NCBI GenBank assembly: GCA_964016885.1 | Contig: OZ024743.1 | Span: 129,022,001 to 129,086,000 of the forward strand | Origin: Eledone cirrhosa | Taxonomy: Eukaryota | DNA length: 64,000 nt | Direction of reading: 5' to 3' | Part shown: in pieces, positions 58,390 to 64,000 of the stretch | How the letters are laid out: every line of letters begins with the position of its first letter | Position numbering within the stretch: the first letter of the stretch is position 1 | The notes under the pieces: model-generated | The model's input: only the letters and a program-made list of their open reading frames with translations | What the model was told of the DNA's origin: nothing | Database searches by the model: none | Made by a program: the position numbers and the translations under genes

Positions 58390-59250
58390 ACCAAGCACCA
58401 AACACCAAGCACCAAACACCAAGCACCAAGCACCAAGCACCAAACACCAAGCACCAAGCACCAAGCATCAAACACCAAGCACCAAACACCAAACACCAAG
58501 CACCAAGCACCAAGCATCAAACACCAAGCATATAACACCAAACACCAAACACCAAGCACCCAGCACCAAACACCAAGAACAAAGCACCAAACACCAAGCA
58601 CCAAGCACCAAGCAAAAAGCACCAAATACCAAGCACCAAACACCAAACACCAAGCACCAAACACCAAACACCAAGCACCAAGCACCAAACACCTAACACC
58701 AAGCACCAAACACCAACCACCAAACACCAAGCACCAAGCACCAAGCACCAAGCACCAAACACCAAGCACCAAACACCAAGCACCAAACACCTAACACCAA
58801 GCACCAAGCACCAAGTACCAAGCACCAAACACCAAACACCAAACACCAAACACCAAGCACCAAGCACCAAACACCTAACACCAAGCACCAAACACCAACC
58901 ACCAAACACCAAGCACCAAGCACCAAGCACCAAGCACCAAGCACCAAACACCAAGCACCAAACACCAAGCACCAAGCACCAAGCACCAAGTACAAACACC
59001 AAACACCAAACACCAAGCACCAAGCACCAAGCATCAAACACCAAGCATATAACACCAAACACCAAACACCAAGCACCAAACACCAAACACCAAGCACCAA
59101 GCACCAAACACCAAGCACCAAGCACCAAGCATCAAACACCAAGCACCAAACACCAAGCACCAAGCACCAAGCATCAAACACCAAGCATATAACACCAAAC
59201 ACCAAACACCAAGCACCAAACACCAAACACCAAGCACCAAGCACCAAACA
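58390..59250. repeat. ~0.85-kb block duplicated at +2328 (partner ~60720-61575); related copies near 56100 and 63760
   Basis: Identical ORFs 58468/60796/56111 and 58517/60845. The marker AACAAAG occurs at ~56221, ~58578, ~60906 and ~63941. Confidence 0.85.
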
Positions 59251-60965
59251 CCTAACACCAAGCACCAAACACCAAGCACCAAACACCAAGCACCAAGCAC
59301 CAAACACCAAACACCAAGCACCAAACACCAAGCACCAAACACCAAGCACCAAGCACCAAACACCAAGCACCAAGCACCAAACACCAAGAACCAAGCACCA
59401 AGCACCAAGTACAAACACCAAGTACAAACACCAAGCACCAAGCACCAAACACCAAGCACCTAGCACCAAACACCAAACACCAAGCACCAAACACCAAGCA
59501 CCAATCACCAAGCACCAAACACCAAGCAGCCAGCAGCAAGCACCAAACACCAAGCACCAAGCACCAAAAACCAGACACCAAACACCAAGCACCAAACACC
59601 TAACACCAAGCACCAAGCACCAAGTACCAAGCACCAAACACCAAGCACCAAACACCAAACACCAAGCACCAAACACCAAACACCAAGCACCAAGCACCAA
59701 ACATCAAGCACCAAGCACCAAGCACCAACCACCAAACACCAAGCACCAAGCACCAAGCACCAAGCACCAAACACCAAGCACCAAACACCAAGCACCAAAC
59801 ACCAAGCACCAAGCACCAAACACCAAGCACCAAACACCAAGCACCAAGCACCAAGCACCAAACACCAAGCACCAAACACCAAACACCAAACACCAAACAG
59901 CAAACAACATACAGCAAACACCAAACACCAAAAAGCAAACACCAAGCACCAAGCACCAAACACCAAACACCAAACACCAAGCACCAGGCACCAAACACCA
60001 AGCACCAAGCACCAAACACCAAGCACCTAGCACCAAACACTAAGCACCAAGCACCAAACACTAAGCACCAAGCACCAAACACCAAGCACCAAGCACCAAA
60101 CACCAAGCACCAAGCACCAAACACCAAACACCAAGCACCAAAGACCAAGCAACAAGCACCAAACACCAAGCACCCAGCACCAAACACCAAGCACTAAACA
60201 CCAACCACCCAGCACCAAGCACCAAACACCAAGCATCAAGCACCTAACACCAAACACCAAACACCAAGCACCAAGCACCAAGCACCAAACACCAAGCACC
60301 TAGCACCAAACACCAAACACCAAACACCAAGCACAAAACACCAAGCACCAATCACCAAGCATCAAACACCAAGCAGCCAGCACCAAACACCAAGCACCAA
60401 GCACCAAACAGCAAGCACCTAGCACCAAACACTAAGCACCAAACACCAAACACCAAGCACAAAACACCAAGCACCAAACACCTAACACCAAGCACCAAAC
60501 ACCAACCACCAAACACCAAGCACCAAGCACCAAACACCAAGCACCAAACACCTAACACCAAGCACCAAGCATCAAGTACCAAGCACCAAACACCAAGCAC
60601 CAAACACCAAACACCAAGCACCAAACACCAAACACCAAGCACCAAGCACCAAACACTTAACACCAAGCACCAAGCACCAACCACCAAACACCAAGCACCA
60701 AGCACCAAGCACCAAACACCAAGCACCAAACACCAAGCACCAAACACCAAGCACCAAGCACCAAGCACCAAACACCAAGCACCAAGCACCAAGCATCAAA
60801 CACCAAGCACCAAACACCAAACACCAAGCACCAAGCACCAAGCATCAAACACCAAGCATATAACACCAAACACCAAACACCAAGCACCCAGCACCAAACA
60901 CCAAGAACAAAGCACCAAACACCAAGCACCAAGCACCAAGCAAAAAGCACCAAATACCAAGCACC
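59095..60965. repeat. ~1.9-kb block duplicated at +3035 (partner ~62130 to window end)
   Basis: Identical ORF pairs 59252/62287, 59505/62540, 59600/62635 and 60027/63062. Both copies carry the double hexamer TACAAA-CACCAAG-TACAAA and CACTTAA. Confidence 0.9.
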
Positions 60966-61575
60966 AAACACCAAACACCAAGCACCAAACACCAAACACC
61001 AAGCACCAAGCACCAAACACCTAACACCAAGCACCAAACACCAACCACCAAACACCAAGCACCAAGCACCAAGCACCAAGCACCAAACACCAAGCACCAA
61101 ACACCAAGCACCAAACACCTAACACCAAGCACCAAGCACCAAGTACCAAGCACCAAACACCAAACACCAAACACCAAACACCAAGCACCAAGCACCAAAC
61201 ACCTAACACCAAGCACCAAACACCAACCACCAAACACCAAGCACCAAGCACCAAGCACCAAGCACCAAGCACCAAACACCAAGCACCAAACACCAAGCAC
61301 CAAGCACCAAGCACCAAGTACAAACACCAAACACCAAACACCAAGCACCAAGCACCAAGCATCAAACACCAAGCATATAACACCAAACACCAAACACCAA
61401 GCACCAAACACCAAACACCAAGCACCAAGCACCAAACACCAAGCACCAAGCACCAAGCATCAAACACCAAGCACCAAACACCAAGCACCAAGCACCAAGC
61501 ATCAAACACCAAGCATATAACACCAAACACCAAACACCAAGCACCAAACACCAAACACCAAGCACCAAGCACCAA

Positions 61576-62050
61576 ACACTAAGCACCAAGCACCAAGCAA
61601 AAAGCACCAAACACCAAGCACCAAGCGTCAAAGACCAAACACCTAGCACCAAGCACGAAACACCAAGCACCAAGCACCGAGCACCAAACACCAAGAACCA
61701 AGCACCAAACACCAGACAGCAAGCACCAAGCACCAAACACCAAACTCCAAGCACCAAGCACCAAATACCAAGCACCAAGCGCCAAAGACCAAACACCAGG
61801 CACCAAGCACGAAACACCAAGCACCAAGCACCAAACACCAAGAACCAAGCACCAAACACCAGACAGCAAGCACCAAGCACCAAACACCAAACACCAAGCA
61901 CCAAGCACCAAACACCAAGCACCAAGCGCCAAACACCAAACACCAAGCACCAAGCACCAAACACCAAGCACCAACCACCAAGCACCAAACACCAAGCACC
62001 AAGCACCAAACACCAAGCACCAATCACCAAACAGCAAGCACCAAGAACCA
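61576..62050. repeat. Locally diverged satellite island with unique variant units and an internal imperfect ~147-bp duplication
   Basis: CGTCAAA-GACCAAA and CGCCAAA-GACCAAA were not seen elsewhere in the window. CACCAGA-CAGCAAG occurs twice (61710, 61857), and CACCGAG is present. Confidence 0.75.
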
Positions 62051-64000
62051 AACACCAAACACCAAGCACCAAGCACCAAACACCAAGCACCAAGCACCAA
62101 ACACCAAGCACCAAGCACCAAACACCAAGCACCAAGCACCAAACACCAAGCACCAAGCACCAAGCATCAAACACCAAGCACCAAACACCAAGCACCAAGC
62201 ACCAAGCATCAAACACCAAGCATATAACACCAAACACCAAACACCAAGCACCAAACACCAAACACCAAGCACCAAGCACCAAACACCTAACACCAAGCAC
62301 CAAACACCAAGCACCAAACACCAAGCACCAAGCACCAAACACCAAACACCAAGCACCAAACACCAAGCACCAAACACCAAGCACCAAGCACCAAACACCA
62401 AGCACCAAGCACCAAACACCAAGAACCAAGCACCAAGCACCAAGTACAAACACCAAGTACAAACACCAAGCACCAAGCACCAAACACCAAGCACCTAGCA
62501 CCAAACACCAAACACCAAGCACCAAACACCAAGCACCAATCACCAAGCACCAAACACCAAGCAGCCAGCAGCAAGCACCAAACACCAAGCACCAAGCACC
62601 AAAAACCAGACACCAAACACCAAGCACCAAACACCTAACACCAAGCACCAAGCACCAAGTACCAAGCACCAAACACCAAGCACCAAACACCAAACACCAA
62701 GCACCAAACACCAAACACCAAGCACCAAGCACCAAACATCAAGCACCAAGCACCAAGCACCAACCACCAAACACCAAGCACCAAGCACCAAGCACCAAGC
62801 ACCAAACACCAAGCACCAAACACCAAGCACCAAACACCAAGCACCAAGCACCAAACACCAAGCACCAAACACCAAGCACCAAGCACCAAGCACCAAACAC
62901 CAAGCACCAAACACCAAACACCAAACACCAAACAGCAAACAACATACAGCAAACACCAAACACCAAAAAGCAAACACCAAGCACCAAGCACCAAACACCA
63001 AACACCAAACACCAAGCACCAGGCACCAAACACCAAGCACCAAGCACCAAACACCAAGCACCTAGCACCAAACACTAAGCACCAAGCACCAAACACTAAG
63101 CACCAAGCACCAAACACCAAGCACCAAGCACCAAACACCAAGCACCAAGCACCAAACACCAAACACCAAGCACCAAAGACCAAGCAACAAGCACCAAACA
63201 CCAAGCACCCAGCACCAAACACCAAGCACTAAACACCAACCACCCAGCACCAAGCACCAAACACCAAGCATCAAGCACCTAACACCAAACACCAAACACC
63301 AAGCACCAAGCACCAAGCACCAAACACCAAGCACCTAGCACCAAACACCAAACACCAAACACCAAGCACAAAACACCAAGCACCAATCACCAAGCATCAA
63401 ACACCAAGCAGCCAGCACCAAACACCAAGCACCAAGCACCAAACAGCAAGCACCTAGCACCAAACACTAAGCACCAAACACCAAACACCAAGCACAAAAC
63501 ACCAAGCACCAAACACCTAACACCAAGCACCAAACACCAACCACCAAACACCAAGCACCAAGCACCAAACACCAAGCACCAAACACCTAACACCAAGCAC
63601 CAAGCATCAAGTACCAAGCATCAAACACCAAGCACCAAACACCAAACACCAAGCACCAAACACCAAACACCAAGCACCAAGCACCAAACACTTAACACCA
63701 AGCACCAAGCACCAACCACCAAACACCAAGCACCAAGCACCAAGCACCAAACACCAAGCACCAAACACCAAGCACCAAACACCAAGCACCAAGCACCAAG
63801 CACCAAACACCAAGCACCAAGCACCAAGCATCAAACACCAAGCACCAAACACCAAACACCAAGCACCAAGCACCAAGCATCAAACACCAAGCATATAACA
63901 CCAAACACCAAACACCAAGCACCCAGCACCAAACACCAAGAACAAAGCACCAAACACCAAGCACCAAGCACCAAGCAAAAAGCACCAAATACCAAGCACC

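Larger units (their letters stand above)
1..64000. repeat. 7-bp tandem satellite array, consensus CACCAAR (CACCAAA/CACCAAG); runs off both window edges
   Basis: Every line parses into CACCAAA/CACCAAG units or variants with 1-3 substitutions; the first full unit is at 6-12. Orientation is constant, the + strand is almost T-free, and no non-repeat interruption was seen. Confidence 0.99.

Noticed and set aside
61710-61863. 147-bp internal repeat equal to the nucleosome core length
   Set aside because: It is a single imperfect instance, and 147 = 21 x 7 is one of many unit multiples observed, so coincidence is sufficient.
211-63988. Hundreds of - strand hydrophobic Cys/Trp-rich ORFs (VLGAWCL)n that look like membrane proteins
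   Set aside because: They overlap in all three frames with the same sequence, mostly start at GTG or TTG, and are simply the translation of (YTTGGTG)n.
1-64000. CRISPR array or other repeat-spacer system
   Set aside because: There are no unique spacers, no constant 23-50-bp repeat with regular spacing, and no leader or cas genes. The intervening sequence is itself the heptamer.
1-64000. Canonical telomerase-synthesised telomere tract
   Set aside because: The unit lacks a GGG run, the array has many fixed variants, and kb-scale blocks are copied exactly, which indicates recombination or replication copying rather than fresh telomerase addition. A telomere-derived origin remains open.
1-64000. 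Pure sequencing artefact or synthetic low-complexity sequence
   Set aside because: Variants are shared in nested, tree-like patterns and block lengths obey whole-unit arithmetic, unlike random error. Copy-number mis-assembly of individual blocks cannot be excluded.

Overview
All 64 kb is one uninterrupted tandem array of a 7-bp satellite in a single orientation. The consensus is CACCAAR on the + strand (CACCAAA and CACCAAG interleaved; YTTGGTG on the - strand), with about 9,100 units by length/7. I found no unique sequence, credible gene, RNA gene, transposon, CRISPR array or inversion. Every ORF in the track, (T/A)P(S/N)TKHQ on + and VLG(A/V)WCL on -, is the expected translation of the heptamer. 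The information lies in the array's internal structure. (i) Position 7 carries a heritable binary A/G pattern. (ii) Recurring variant units (CATCAAA, CACCTAA, CAGCCAG, CATATAA, CACAATG, hexamer TACAAA and others) are grouped into reusable modules. (iii) Duplications are nested at 13/49/63/105 bp, 2.2-2.7 kb, 3.0-3.5 kb, 5.7 kb and about 9.7 kb, and their lengths are explained by whole-unit counting wherever I checked. (iv) SNP patterns suggest gene conversion between copies. (v) The first ~250 bp and the region beyond ~53.5 kb share alleles absent from the centre, suggesting layers. This is most consistent with eukaryotic heterochromatic (centromeric, pericentromeric or subtelomeric) satellite DNA. 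The organism and function cannot be determined from the window. Duplication boundaries were read by eye and are approximate.
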